Notes: generated from the sequence alone by a model not told the origin. Counted from the first letter of the stretch, positions 1 to 13,203 are shown. The stretch: DNA of 64,000 nt from Takakia lepidozioides (GCA_030704615.1 CM060733.1:21390001-21454000), one strand, 5' to 3'. A program made the numbers and translations.

Positions 1-774
1 CAAGTACTTCCTTGTTAGCTAAATTCCATCTTTTGGTGAGCCTTGTAATTTAGTCCCAAACTTCGATCTAGAACTTTTTAGATGCTCTGCAGAATGACAA
101 GTACCATGCACAGCTTTCCAACTCGCAAGCAACCCTTTAAATTCTACAGTAATTGCAGATGCTGACACACATATGCAGAACTTGCTCTCGAATCCTTAGA
201 TCTTTCCAGAGCCATTGGTGCAGGCTTTGCTCTATCATTTCTAATCTTCCTGACAAAAATTGTTATAAGTTTCATAGTCTAGATCATCCATCCCGGATAC
301 TCTGATCAGGTATTCCAGTCAATTTGGAATGGGAGGAAATCGGAAAACTTCGTCACGTGCGTTTCCTCCTCGGGCTCGGGTCAAACTTGGAGATTTGTGC
401 ACGATTAGTTTGTGATGCTTACAATCATACATGGGCGCATGTAGGTAGCTGTGAGCAGTCATCCTCGGCCTCCATGCTCATTCAGACAGATGAACAGGCG
501 TTTGAGTGTGGTTCCCGGTTCTTCCTTGCCCTTCCCATCATTTCATGCCAACTTGACAAAACACGGACTATTTCAGGTCTATATCTTCGGTATATGTTGC
601 ATGATGTCATAACGGGTGGGGCCATCCCACACTGATGGAAAGAGTGTAGATACTAGCCTACTTACCTAAAACTGTTCCGAGCATCATAACATAACCTCCA
701 GTAAATGAATAAGAAACATCCGTAAGCCGTCGACCAAGCGAGTGCCGGGCCAGGCAGCAATCGGACTCTTGGGA

Positions 775-1152
775 AACAAGCCTCAAACGGCAATTGGCTC
801 TCTTGCTTTGCTTTGGCACAACATAAGAGGAAGGTAAGAGTAGGGAGCATGACTCAGAACAACACACCAATCAGCGCCTTGACACGGTGTAAGGTACTTA
901 GACCACATTTTCTCCATTGACTTGCATGTCTCCGCAAAGTCTCTCGAGAGCCAACAAAAGCAAGAGAAAACAAGTCTAAAATGGCGATGGGCTCTCTTGC
1001 TTTGGCAAAACATAAGATGAGGTGAGAGTAAGGGGCATGACGTAGCACAACACACCAATCGCTGGCTTGACACGGTGTAAGGTCCATTGACCACATTTTC
1101 TCCGTTGACTTCAAGATGGTGCAAAGTCTCTCTCTACTAGAGAGCCAACAAA
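775..1152. repeat. Two tandem ~165-185 bp copies of a dispersed repeat; a third, inverted copy lies at ~9493-9652
   Basis: GGCTCTCTTGCTTT...ACACACCAATC...TTGACACGGTGTAAGGT...GACCACATTTTCTCC...GAGAGCCAACAAA occurs at ~797-958 and ~990-1152, and its reverse complement at ~9493-9652. Confidence 0.85.
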
Positions 1153-1852
1153 CTTCCAGGAAATCGTAACAGTTTATCAGAAAGATCGTGAACAGTCCAG
1201 GTGACAACTCGTTTTAAGTTACAAACTTGGCTGCAGAATAACTTAGGTGTGCGATCAAACTGAAGGCCAGGAGATGGATGTGAAAGACGTCTGATGACGA
1301 AAAAATTTAGAACTAACTTACATCAACGTGAGTCCAGACTGGCTACCACGTCAGCTGGGTAGGGACAGCTTGAACTTGAGTGGGCATGATTGCGTCTGCA
1401 GCAGTCTGGACCCCAGTCACCGTGAACGTCCTTAGAGACCTGTGAGAACGTCGTTTCTGACGTTCTTGCAGTGAGAAAAAAAAACGTAGAGAAAACGTTG
1501 AGGGATGGATGATAATTTCCAATTGCCCGTGAGAAGTGCAAAATGGATTTCCGTAGATAGAATTCAATTTTGCTACCTTTTTTTTTCTTTTTTTTTTGTT
1601 TTGTTTTTTGAAAGGAAACCACGTGGACCGAGAAACACTAGAGTATGGATGTCATCCATGTAAGGAGGATGAGTATCGTTCATGGCCGTGCGCATATTCC
1701 GCCCGGAACATACGTCGTCTACGTCGAGGTGGGCGGAAGCTGCAGGGAAAGAATAGAGGAAGGTGGGGTAGAGATAGGCAGGGAGGCTGTGCCCGCCAAA
1801 CGCTCTTGCTCGTCTTTCCTGTTTTGGATTCGCTCGTTGTTGGGCTTTGGCA

Positions 1853-2082
1853 ATGGCAGCCATAGTTCAAGCAAATGGGGTGGTGTCTGCGTCTTCCTTT
1901 CGGGGTGCGGCATTGAGGCAGTCCCGGGCACCGACTTCTGCTGTGAGGATGCCCGCTGTGGGGGTGCGAGCAGAAATTGATACCCAGGTTGTGCTGAATC
2001 CATCGATTTTGAAGAACGTTGACAAGGTGGTCGATACGGTGGTGATTTCCGAAATATCTAAGCCGGTTACTGCGTACTGCAG
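1853..2082 (+). CDS. NEET: Exon 1 of a plant NEET (CDGSH 2Fe-2S) protein: transit peptide plus N-terminal half of the domain
   Basis: MAAIVQANG...VRAE...LNPSILKNVDKVVDTVVISEISKPVTAYCR matches At-NEET (INPEIRKNEDKVVDSVVVTELSKNITPYCR); AG|GT donor at 2082/2083, phase 2. I did not find the CWRSxxFPLCDGSH exon in the window. Confidence 0.8.
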
Positions 2083-2917
2083 GTACCAATCTTTCCTGGT
2101 ACTCTGGATTCTCATTGCTAAGTTCTGCTGGAAGATTCCGCTGTCTGTCCCGGTGCTGAAGAAGTCGTTGGGTTGTTACCATAGTGAGGTGTTAAAGTGG
2201 CTTTGCGGTCGTACTTCGACTTGGTGAGTAGTTTCTATAGATGAGAGCGGGTGTTTCGGCAAAAAAAATTGAGTAAGGGCTGGATGGTAGGACCTGGAGT
2301 ATGTTGGTCTTGTCTTTGCATCTTACTCCAGCGAGCGGGATCGAGCTTGGCTGGTATGCCTTAAGCGAGTTGCTTTGGTTTGAGTGTAATGGTGTGAGGG
2401 GTATATGCATTGCTCAATTGGCCTCAGGTTTCCCGCATAACTGTGCTCTTGATTGCTCTTTATACTGGTATGTGCATTTACATGCATTGCGCAGAGCCCC
2501 TATCAATGCAGGGAGGAAAGACTTGTCCCACACCACTCATTTGGTGATTATTATGGATTTGTGTGAGCAGGACAGAGAAGAGGGCTATATATGAGCGAGA
2601 CCAAATCCAAGGCCGGCTTCAACTAGGTGTGATTGAGTATCGCCCGCGGGGCTCCTGGGTGTGCCCCTCACTTGGCCTTTCTTTCCTTAACCTAGAGACC
2701 CCTTTTTCTTCTAATAGCTGGTGATGCAAGGTTGTGTGAACACTTGTATAAGTTCAAGCCTGACACATGAAGAACTGGTTGGTCTTAAGACTGTTTCCCT
2801 GAGTTGGTAATTGGCAGAGGCCTCTTTTTAAGTTATTTGCAATCGAAGCAAAGGTAATCTGCATAACTGCACATGTCTCGGTGAAGAACAAGAATGTTGG
2901 ATGTGATTCTCACATAG

Positions 2918-4640
2918 AGGCTCCAACACATCTAACAGTAGGAGTTGTTCTTTGGAAAAGAGAATACTGAGAAAACTTGCAAGTAACGAATGTTATATCA
3001 TGGAACATAGCAGCGTAGAACTGTATAGAGGAGAGGGTTATGATGGTGGTGCAAAGCAGGTGTGCTTTGCAGGAGGACCACGCCAACGGAGACCGCGCCA
3101 ATGGAATACCAAGCAAAGGAGGGGCACCGTGGTCAAGTCTCAGAAGCTGCTAAACCTGGCAAGTAGCTTGAAGTTCTCCTCAACTGAGTATCCCTCTGTT
3201 GCAAGTATCTTGAGTGGATGGTTAGACAGTGTATTTATAGTGTGGTGTGCTCCTAAGAGATATGTTCTAGGAAACATTTGCACTACCAACTAGCTCCAAA
3301 TGGTTTGTAGGGTAGAGGATGGTACCAATTTTGTCTCTGATGTTTGGGTTCTGGGCCAGATAGCAGCACTGTCAAATGTGAAGGAGGAAGTGTATGGTGC
3401 ACTTGATGCTTGGAGTGCATGGGAGCTGGAGTTCCCACTGGTGGCTGTAAAAAAAGCTTTGACGGTTTTGCAAGAAGAGAAGCAATGGAGACGAGTGATC
3501 CAGGTGCCATCATGTCGTGCCTATGCTTACACTTGTCTTGTTTTTAGCTCAGTGAACATGACATTCAAAGTTGCTGCAGTCAGAGAGCAATCAACACTTG
3601 TCCTGTCACAACTCCGTTCAACAAGCAGTTGTTATACATGTGGGGGTTGGAGTTGTGTTGTACTTTGGAGGTTCTATTAGGATGATGTCTAGAAAGTGCA
3701 CACAAACTGTGGCAATGATAGTGCAACACACGTGCTGTTTTTCTTTCCTCAAAATAAGGAAGGTACACCAGTTGCAGATGTGGGGATTTTTTCTGCAGAA
3801 CCAGTGGATTCAGGGCTTGGGTTAAGACGGTCGAAGCAATAGTGCGCTGATGGATTGACTAACACGACAGGTGAGCAAATGGATGTTGAGCAAAGGGCAA
3901 GGGAAGACAATGGGCACATACCTGCAGCTGCTGCGGGCCTTTGATGAGGAGGGCCGAGTGGAGGAAGCAGAAGCCTTATGGGAGAAGTTATTAACTGAAC
4001 ATATGGAGTGTATCCCGCGCACAATGTTTGGTCGAGTGATGGCCATGTATGAGCACCATAACCAGCCCAAACGACTACTCCAGGTACTCGCCTTGAGCAA
4101 TTTGTCTGTAAACACTATAGATGGAATCCTCAAAGTGGTTGCATCAGATTGGTAATTTCTGAGGAACAAATCAGCTAATCTATGAAGGGTTGAAATCTCA
4201 AGGTGTTTGCGGACATGGAGGATTTAGAGGTGAGGCCTGACGAGGGCACTGTGGAGCGGGTGGCACGCACATACGAGCGCCTTGGGTTACTGAAAAGGCA
4301 AGCAGAGGTGCTAAAAAGATATGCTCCAACAAGGTGGGAGTATCGGTATGTTAAAGGCAGGCGCATCAGGTTTCGGGTAACGGACGAAGAAGGTGAAGTT
4401 CCTTGTGGTTTTCACCTTCCTGCAGGCTGTTTGCAACTTCCATGTTGGGTTCATTAGGACCGTTGCCCTACTTAAGTCAAATGAGAATAAGGCCCTATCT
4501 TTGGTGGTGCAGGTGGATCAGCGGAAGAAGAAGAGGAAGAGGCTGATCATGTTGGTGGTGACTGGCCAAGTGATGGGGATGGAGGTTTTGAGCAGGAGGA
4601 AGAAGATAGAATGATTGTGACGGGTGTGTCACATTCATGA
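2918..4640 (+). CDS. PPR-like protein of the EMB1417/At4g21190-At4g18975 family; exons ~2918-3158, 3360-3503, 3871-4083, 4203-4392, 4513-4640
   Basis: Spliced frame reads [38 protein letters not shown]|[26 protein letters not shown]..|[26 protein letters not shown], the signature of this family. Exon phases are consistent; TGA at 4638-4640. Confidence 0.88.
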
Positions 4641-4695
4641 TGTGTTGTATGGTTAGTACAGCTCACTAGTAAGGTCAAATATTAAAATTTGAGTA

Positions 4696-5214
4696 ATGTG
4701 CAAAGGGGAGCGAGATGTTGAGACTGTGTTGGATGTTGGATGCGGACAGGGTCTGCTGCTCAATACAGTAGCAGTGCGGCTGAAGAAGGAAGGGGGCGGG
4801 GGAAGGGTAGTTGGTGTGGACCTCTGGCTGGACCGAGGTAGAACGATGGCAGGGACGCTGAAAACCTCAGCCATAGAGGGAACTCACGAGTATGTGACCT
4901 GCAAGACGGGGGATGCTTGCAGTCTTCCTTTCACAGATGCGTGCTGTGATGTCGTCGTCTCAGCACTTCACCTAAGTAACTTTGGAGAGGAGTTCGGAAA
5001 GACAAGTGCAGCTGCGATGGCACAGAGAGGGAAAGCTTTGGAAGAGATCGTGCGGGTACTAAAGCCAGGGGGTCAGGGAACCATTTGGGACATGATGCAA
5101 GCCCCTGAATATGTGCAAAAGTTCCAGGAGTTGGGAATGCTGGAGATCAAGTTGTCGGAATCCATATCCGCGTATATGGTGCCCAGCCAGATCTTGTCAT
5201 TTAAAAAACCTTGA
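4696..5214 (+). CDS. Class I SAM-dependent methyltransferase (Methyltransf_11, At5g44590-like), C-terminal part only
   Basis: VLDVGCGQG motif I, then RVVGVD, EGTHEYVTCKTGDACSLPF, DVVVSA, EIVRVLKPGG. The ORF starts only ~55 bp after the PPR stop and seems to lack the family N-terminus. Confidence 0.75.
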   Translation: MCKGERDVETVLDVGCGQGLLLNTVAVRLKKEGGGGRVVGVDLWLDRGRTMAGTLKTSAIEGTHEYVTCKTGDACSLPFTDACCDVVVSALHLSNFGEEFGKTSAAAMAQRGKALEEIVRVLKPGGQGTIWDMMQAPEYVQKFQELGMLEIKLSESISAYMVPSQILSFKKP

Positions 5215-7959
5215 AGTTGGTGTTCTCCATGGCTGAGATCTTATCCAGCTGCAATCCTGGAGGAAAATGCTAATCCACAAGCCAATAGAATTGGATAATT
5301 GTGGTATGAGAGGAGTCAGCAGAGCTTGAAACCTTTGTTTGTGGTGAATCCAATGATCTGGCGATTCCAGGCTGGAGGAATGAACGACTCTGGAGCTTCT
5401 GGCAGGCCCTAGATTTAAGAACCTTAAACCCTGCACGTTGGGAATCGGATGACATTCAAAGTCTGCCATACCGTGCTTGTTACTTTTTCCTGGAACTGAT
5501 GTCAGTTTAGAGGTTGAATGGAAGGACGGTGTCTTAGCTATCGACCACTTTCGGATGCAATTGTTTACACTCTCCTCAAAGAAAGAGTGTGTCACTACAG
5601 AAGCCTAGGTTCAATCTGGGAGGACTGCCTGATACTGTTACAATCAAACACAGGGCAAGACAGATGTTATGATCGCTTGCTGAGAGCAGGATCTCTACCA
5701 GAAAACCTTTGGAGCACAATAAATCCACTTTGGCAATTGACATCCTTCTTAAGGAAGCAGCTGGACCAGCATGTGGTCACTTAACAAGAATTGTGGGTGG
5801 ACTGGTTTCTTGTCTGGTCAAAGTAATGGAATTGAAATTGGGGATCAGAAGCATTCCAACGGGATCATTTTCTGTATGATGTGCAGGGGGGCAACCGTAT
5901 GCAAATTTTGCCAATTCCCCACACGTCGAAGTAATTATGTTGTCTCACACTCTTGTGTCTATCGTGGAACCAGATAAGTTCAGACGAAAAGGTATCTGCA
6001 GAAAACCTCGCCAAGAGTTCTCTGTCGGACTTCTATGCAAGGCTCTCACATTACAGCCAGTGATCTATGATCTAATAACTTGGGGTCGGCAATAGACTTC
6101 GTGGATCCGACATGATGAAATTGCTGCCTTCTCAGGCATCCCATACATGGGAATTTCTGCGGGCACTATACGGATGTGGTGCCTGGCTATGTATCTCACA
6201 AAAAGTCCGGAGTTGTCAGCGGCGTGCTTATTCCTGAGCTATAATTGAATATCTTTGATATTTTTACATTTTTGTCTTGCATGGAACAAATTATGCGCCC
6301 TGGAGCCAATCAGAGGCTGCCAGACCTTAATAAAGTCTACTAAAAAGTCAAATTGCCAGTACCCGCATAATCAGCAGCACCTGCGTATTGTATTATGCTT
6401 TTTAATCTACCTCAAATATCCTTAACGCACGCACTGGCAAGATGCCGATGCCTACTCCAATCTTCAATTCTCTGGGCGGAACCGGGGTTGCAAATGAAAC
6501 TCTGGACCCGTCTTGTTTCTGAAAGACGATGAGCTCATCCTGTGAAGCTTCTTCTTTCGTGGCTCTGCTGAGCGCGCAGAGAGAGGCCATACCCAAAGCC
6601 CTTCCTTCTCCTGGTGGTGAACTGCCAATTCACCTCACATCACGCGGCAGATTTGCGGACCTGAATCGGACAGCTAGCTTGGGAATGCCGGGCGCGGGAG
6701 CCTTGCAAGTTACAGATCTCAATCTACCCGAACGGACAGAGAACCCAAGAAAGGTATTTGTAACTCTTTGCGTGCTTTTTGCGTCCCTTCGTTGTGTGCG
6801 TCGGAAGTATCCAGCGGGCACGCGACATCCCAGCAGAAACTACACTCCTTTTGGGTGAAGAATCCCAGTTGTTATCATGCAGAAATGCTTTCCTCCTTCC
6901 ATGAGGATCTTCTGATACACTTCTCTGTTCTCCACATTACTGTGTGCGTTCATGAGAGGATGTACTCATAAGACTGTTGCCGTAGCCTTATGGCCATAGA
7001 CCCTGCGCCCATCTGCGAGAGAGACATGAAATGAAATGAAATGCTACTTGGGCAAGAGAGAGAGAGAGATTCACATAGCATGTCAAAGCTAGACAAGGAA
7101 ACACTAAGCACAATGTGCTGTGTTCCCCTCTTTTTAACGACATCATGCCTAATTCTAGGCACCATCAAACTGTCTCTACCCAGATCTGATAAGGTGAGGC
7201 TATCTTCACTTTGGGCCCAATAGAGGTGTCAAGGAGGATTTGTGACTGAAGATGGGATGACAGAATTATCTGGACTCAATTAATGTCTGTTCAGTTGTTT
7301 AAAATGTAACGACATTGCTCTTCATGCCACCTTACTGGATCCATCAGTATGTGAGTCAAGGTTGTTGCAGTCTGTTATTTAGAGGATTCTTGCATGACGG
7401 TTCATTGTAGCCTGGGTGTACATCAGGGCTGTGTTTGAAGGTATGGCTGCTGCCCTCTGGTGTTTCTCACAGAGAAGTCCAAGATCACCGGACTTCAGAC
7501 ATAAGCGGACAGAGGAGGTCCTCTGGATTGAGGGTTGGTCAAACCCACGTTTGATGGAAGCAGAGTTGGCTGCCATGCTACAAGGTTGAGCGCACTCTAT
7601 TGATGGTCCTAGTTTCAATGTGCACCATGGAGCTCCACGCCAAGGGTACTGCTATGATAATGATCTAAGGGTTCCAACTCAAACAAGTAGAATTGGTACA
7701 TTTTCTCCTCAAGGTAGATGATTGTAACCTTGTTCAGATGTAGCAGAGAGGGTCTTCTCCTGAAGAGATTTTCTTTCAGTATCTAGGAGGTTGAGACATA
7801 GCGAGTTTCAGTGCAAAGGCTTGTATCTAAGAGTGTTGAGCTATGCAGGATGAGGTGCACGGATCAGGCAAAGTTGATTGTTGAGCATAAGACTTCGAAG
7901 GGCATAGTACTTCAACCCTCATCACTGCTATTGAAGAGGGCCTAAGAGAGGGAATAAGA

Positions 7960-8430
7960 AAGAATTCTTCTACCATTGGCAGGGATGTACAGACACTTAA
8001 GGCAGGTCGTAAGGCAGGTCGTTTCAAACAGGCACTGCACATTTTGAACCAACAAAGCATTCAGGCAGACTCTGATACTTATGCCTGTGTTTTGGAGGAG
8101 TGCATCAACATGAAAGGCCTGGTGGAGGGGAAGCAGGTCCATGTCCACATTGTCCAAAGTGAATTCAAGCCAACCATCTTTCTCCTCAACATCCTGGTTT
8201 ATGTATGCCAATTGTGGGAGCGTGGTGGATGCACGTGAAGTTTTTGACAAAATGCCTCAACGAGATGTGTTTACATGGACTATAATGCTGGATATGTCAA
8301 GCATGGGTGTGATAGGGAGGCTTTCAAGATCTATGAGGAAATGCAACAAGAAGAGGTGGCACCTACCAGTGTCACATTCATTTGCAATCTCAAGGCATGT
8401 GCCAGCGTAGGAGAACTGGAAAAGGGCAAT
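7960..8430 (+). pseudogene. PLS-class PPR pseudogene fragment
   Basis: TYACVLEEC..LVEGKQVHVHIV / MYANCGSVVDAREVFDKMPQRDVFTWT / AGYVKHG..EAFKIYEEMQQE.V.P..VTF...LKACAS are L, S and P motifs spread over three frames (frameshifts ~8200 and ~8285); the match ends abruptly. Confidence 0.85.
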
Positions 8431-8622
8431 TGGAAGCAAGCCTCTGAGACCTTCTCTGTTGACTCTTTGACTTCGCAGATCAAACCCGTCCAGAAGAACG
8501 GTATCATCTGCCCCCTTGAATTCGGGACTCCCCACAGCTGCCGCGCGATCCATCTTCCTGCCCTCCCTACTCTCCTATGCCGCCTTGTGAGAGAGAGAAT
8601 TCACAGCCGAGCAACATCGAAC

Positions 8623-8626
<4 letters not shown>

Positions 8627-8665
<39 letters not shown>
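8627..8665 (+). repeat. (GA)n microsatellite in the leader of the Mago nashi remnant
   Basis: Perfect GA dinucleotide run. Confidence 0.95.
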
Positions 8666-8669
<4 letters not shown>

Positions 8670-8670
8670 G

Positions 8671-8880
8671 ATGGCTACGGCGGAGGAGGTGGGAGAGTTT
8701 TATGTGCGCTACTACGTGGGGCACAAGGGGAAGCTCGGGCATGAGTTTTTGGAGTTTGAGTTCCGGCGATAACTTATGCAAACAAACTCCAACTACAAAA
8801 ACGATACGATGATAACGACGGAAGTCTTGCTTACCCAGGCTGCCCTTCGCGAGTGCCGCAGGATTATCAACGATAGCGAG
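8671..8880 (+). pseudogene. MAGO: Mago nashi exon 1 pseudogene
   Basis: [32 protein letters not shown], then the PDGKLR segment is lost with a stop/frameshift, then [32 protein letters not shown]|GT. No later exons seen. Not in the ORF track. Confidence 0.9.
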
Positions 8881-9199
8881 GTGGGTGCCATTTGTAATAT
8901 TTTGGTTCAGTAGTTTGTGGACGTAGGTTGTATGATTGAATGTGTTGGACCATGGAGACTTGTACTGGTGGAACAGAAGAAACTGCAAAGGGCGAGCGAG
9001 AGAGGAGCTTTTAGGATGCCAGCTAGTGCCAAGTTTTTGTTTCTCGGCAAGACAGAAGGCCACGTCGACAAGTTCTGGCTAAACCGTAATGTATTTTAGC
9101 CAAAAAAAATCACATTATTTTTAGCCAAATAACTATATTGTTAATAGTTGAATTATTGAGGGGGAAGAAGAGTTAAATCTCAAAGGGTGCCATACGGCC

Positions 9200-10770
9200 T
9201 CAACAGTCACCATGACCAAGAAGAAAAACCCTAACATATTTTTTATATTTATTCTAACTTAATGATCCCTTAGAGCCAATGTAAGGATCTCTTAAATTGA
9301 AAAAAATAAAAAATAAAAAACTAAATTGCTATTTACGTTCATTGTAAGGATCCCTAATAGCGTTCTAAGCCTCTCTAAGGATTTCATAGAGGGGAAAACA
9401 AATCGGTCAACCATGACAAAGAAGATAAACCTTAACATATTTTTTACATTTATTCTAACAATCCCTTAATATCCTTAGAGCCAATGTAAGGATTTGTTGG
9501 CTCTCTTGTAGAGAGAGACTTTGCATCACGTTGACTTCAACGGAGAAAATGTGGTCAAAGGACCTTACACCGTGTCAAGTCGCTGATTGGTGTGTTGTGC
9601 TGAGTCATCTTACCTTCCTCTTATGAGAGCCAATTGCCGTTTGAGGCTTGTTAGATTGGGAAAATAGAACAAGCTAAATTGCTATTTACATTCGTTCTAA
9701 GGATCCCTTAGAAGCCACTCTAAGGATTTCATAAAGCGGGAAAACAGAAATAGCTAAATGGCTATTTATATTCGCTCTAAGAATCCTTTAGAGCCGCTCT
9801 AGGGGTTTTTTAGAATGGAAAAAAAAAAAAAAAAAAAAAACTATTTTTTTATTTTTTTATTTGAAAGGGTCTGAGGCCCTGATCGAACTTTATTTATAAT
9901 TATTGGAACTAATTTGCTATTTACATTCAATCTAAGTATTACTTAGGCCAGCTTTACACTAGGAGTCGTGGCCAAGGGCCGTCGGGAATGCAACGATCCT
10001 ATTGGTCGAGAGCTTAAGGCCGGCCCCAAGACCTTTACACTAGGAGCCGAGGCCGAAATGAAATAATATATTTTATTCTACATAAGTTTGGCCTCAAGTC
10101 GGCCCCAAGGGCAAAAAAGGGGCCCTCATGGTTTGGGGGGCCACCAAGCCTCCTTGGGGCTGACCTCCCCCACACTATAATACTATTACTTTCCTTCATT
10201 CTCAACCGCACGATCCAATCCTCCCCCTCTTCTCCTCTCCTCCTTCGGCCTCCACTTCAACATTATACACTACTACTTGGCCCCAAGAGCTTTACATTAG
10301 GGCCGCCGCCCCCTAGGATATGATATTTTAGTGCTTACTTGAAGCTGCCCAAGATGCAATTGTACCCATATTTTCTCTTCTTTGGCCTCAAGATTTGTTG
10401 GCCTCGACTCCTAGTGTAAAGTGGGCCTTAGAGTAAGAAAATAAAAAAAGATATATTGCTATTTATATTCGCTCTTAGAGCCGCTCTAAGGCGGGGAAAC
10501 AGAAAAAGCTAAATTGCTATTTATTTTTGCTCTAAGGATCCTTTATAGCTGCTCTAAGGATTTATTAGAGCGGGAAAACAAAAAAAATCTAAATAGCTAT
10601 TCACATTTGATCCAAGCATTACTTAGAGCAAGAAAACAGAATAAATTATATTGCTTTTTGCAATCGCTCTAAAGATCCTTAGAACCGCTCTGAGCCGCTC
10701 TAAGGATTTCTTAGAGTGATTAAAAAAACAACACGTTCACTCTAAGAGTTTCTTAGAATCACTCTAAGGA
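9200..10770. repeat. AT-rich degenerate tandem repeat array (~55-60 bp units)
   Basis: Recurring AAATTGCTATTTA..TTCG.TCTAAGGATCC.TTAGAGCCGCTCTAAGGATTT motif. Confidence 0.75.
9946..10427. mobile_element. PIF/Harbinger (Tourist-like) MITE
   Basis: 30-bp TIRs GGCCAGCTTTACACTAGGAGTCGTGGCCAA vs GGCCCACTTTACACTAGGAGTCGAGGCCAA (rc). TTA TSD at 9943-9945 and 10428-10430. An uninterrupted sister unit (ATTACTTAGAGCAAGAAAA) lies at ~10618. Confidence 0.9.
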
Positions 10771-11729
10771 TTTTTTATTGCGTCATTGGATTGAATTGGT
10801 ATATCAGATTGCGATCAATATTATACATGTCATATTTGATGTATACATATGGATATATAAACATTATACAATATACGAATATGAACTCCTATATCCGATT
10901 GGACTGGTTTTCACCAAAAACAAAAAAATTGTATAGGGATTCGAACCCTTACAGCTATTCATTATAGCATACAAAATTATGGCCCAAAGGCCTTAAAGAT
11001 TAGCCATAAAGGTCAAAAAGTTTTGAGATTTTGATATATAATATGATAAATAATTTGATTGAATGGATTTTGAATTTATTGAAATGATGAAGTCTAAGGT
11101 TGAAAACATGATATAATATAGTATTATATATTATATATTATATATTGATTTATATTTAAATTATTTAATACATATTATATTATTATATATCTATTTTTAA
11201 AATTATTATTCGTTAAATAAATTCGTTAATATAAATAGCTTGCTTGCAGAAGAAAGTGAAGGAAATGATCCTCGTTATGCATACTTATAGAGTTTTCAAA
11301 GAAAAAAAAGACAACACAATGAAAGAGAAAAAAAAAGAGAAAGTTTTATTTTATCAAAAACCTCACACAGAAAGACAAAGAATAGAGATTAGAAAGAAAC
11401 GTAAACAGAGAACCAAAAGTGAAGAACAAAGACAAATGAAAGTACTAAAAAAATCTTAAAAAACATTGTCAAAGAACCGAAATGACATAGAAACATAAAC
11501 AAGCAATAGAAACAAAGAAGAAACACAGAAACGAAGGTAAAAGAGCAAAACTGAGAGACAATTCTATTGTCTACAAACAACTTGTGGAAGAAAGAGAAGA
11601 AAATGATCCTTGTTTTCTATACTTATAGGGAAAAAAATGAGGTACAGTCTAAAAAGAATGAATGAAAAATAAAATAAATGGATGAAAACATAATGAAAAT
11701 TTGCTATTTATTAACCTTATCCCACACGC

Positions 11730-12250
11730 TTTTTGAATAGGTACTAACTCATGAAGGTTTATTTAAAAATGGATGTCAATGCATTACAAATAGTTGTATG
11801 AACGTTTATCGAAGACAAAATCTTGTTTTAATTGTAATAAATGGTGTCACCTACAAATTTTGTCGGTACATAGCAATAAATTGTACATGTGATTCTTAAA
11901 GTTGATATTTTTATTTTTATTTTTCTATTAGGACTCCTTAGGCCGCCCTAAGGTGTCCTAAGAGCAATAAAAAATAACAATTTACATCTTTCTATTTTCC
12001 CCTCTTAGGACTCCTTAGGGCCGTCCTAAGGAGTTCTAATGACAATTATAAATAACAAAATACATCTTTCCATTTTCCCCCCTCTTAGGAGGCTATTATA
12101 ATTTATATCATTCTATTTTCCACTCTTAGGACTCTTTAGGTGCACCCTAAGGAGTCCTAAGGGCAATTATACATAATAATTTACATATTTCAATTTTTCC
12201 CTTCTTATGACTCCTTAGGACGGCCCTAAGGAGTCCTAATGGCAATTATA
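11730..12250. repeat. Left part of a palindromic-unit satellite or foldback-like array, continued at 34210-36690
   Basis: ~60-bp units containing the hairpin TTAGGACTCCTTAGG..CCTAAGGAGTCCTAA. The block ~11735-11910 recurs at ~36100-36290 and ~36460-36650. Confidence 0.85.
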
Positions 12251-13203
12251 GGGCGGAGGAAAGATGGCTCCGTAGGTTGCGGTGAGAGAGCCGGGAGACT
12301 TAGTTTTTCTCAAGCTCTCCCCCGTTCGGCCTCCTCGCATCTCCCCATATATTTTGATGTGTACTGAAGCTACAGGCAAGCTCTCAGTACCATCGGTGAG
12401 ACAGATACGACGTCTCTAGGGCCTTGCCCCAATCCCTAATCTAACTAATGAACTAACGGAACTCTTCTCATTCCCCTAGCTCCTCCACTTCTCTCTCTAC
12501 TCCGGGCAACTTTTCTCTTCCATCTATCATCCGGGAGCTCTTCCCAATCCTCCAATTATGGGCCGTCTTCACTAAGCTGCGGCGCGATTCCCCGTGCAAG
12601 CAACATTGACAGCCCATTCTCCATGCTAAACCTGACTCCTCTTACTGCTCTGTAATTTCATTAAGTCCCTTGCTATCTCCAACTAAAAGTCTATTCTCTT
12701 TGTTGGTTGTATTTATGTTTGCAATGCCTGCGCGGTTTACTCCAGAATGCCCTCCATAACGCGCCTGTCTGCATTGCGGCTCGGAGATGAAGAGAAGTGA
12801 TCATCACCCCCTAAACTCTTGACTTGAAGTGAGCTTGCCTCTGCTCAGCTTTAATTTCTTGACTGCAAGCGCGGTTTTGACATGATTCCTTTTCCCGATC
12901 AGGATTCCAAACTGCAACTGGCCTCATATTTCTAAGAGCGCTCCCCCTTCTCCCTTTACCGCTGTTACTCTTAATCATCTTCTCTGCCGCTTCTCGAAAG
13001 GTGACAGATTGTGTAGTCTTGCATCTTGATCACACGTTTCTACCTCTAGCCTCCGCTCTATTGTTTGTTCCAAGCTGTCTCTTCCATACCTTACACAAGT
13101 GTCTTCTTACTGTGAAATTGGGGGGGTGTGGGGTGAGGTGAGTGACCATCTGTTGCATACTACAGGTGCAATCTGATCCTCTCCTCAAAATCTGAAGCCA
13201 TGA

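Noticed and set aside
6402-6821. Transit-peptide-like minus-strand exon
   Set aside because: In-frame TGA at 6630 and no recognisable family; insufficient support.
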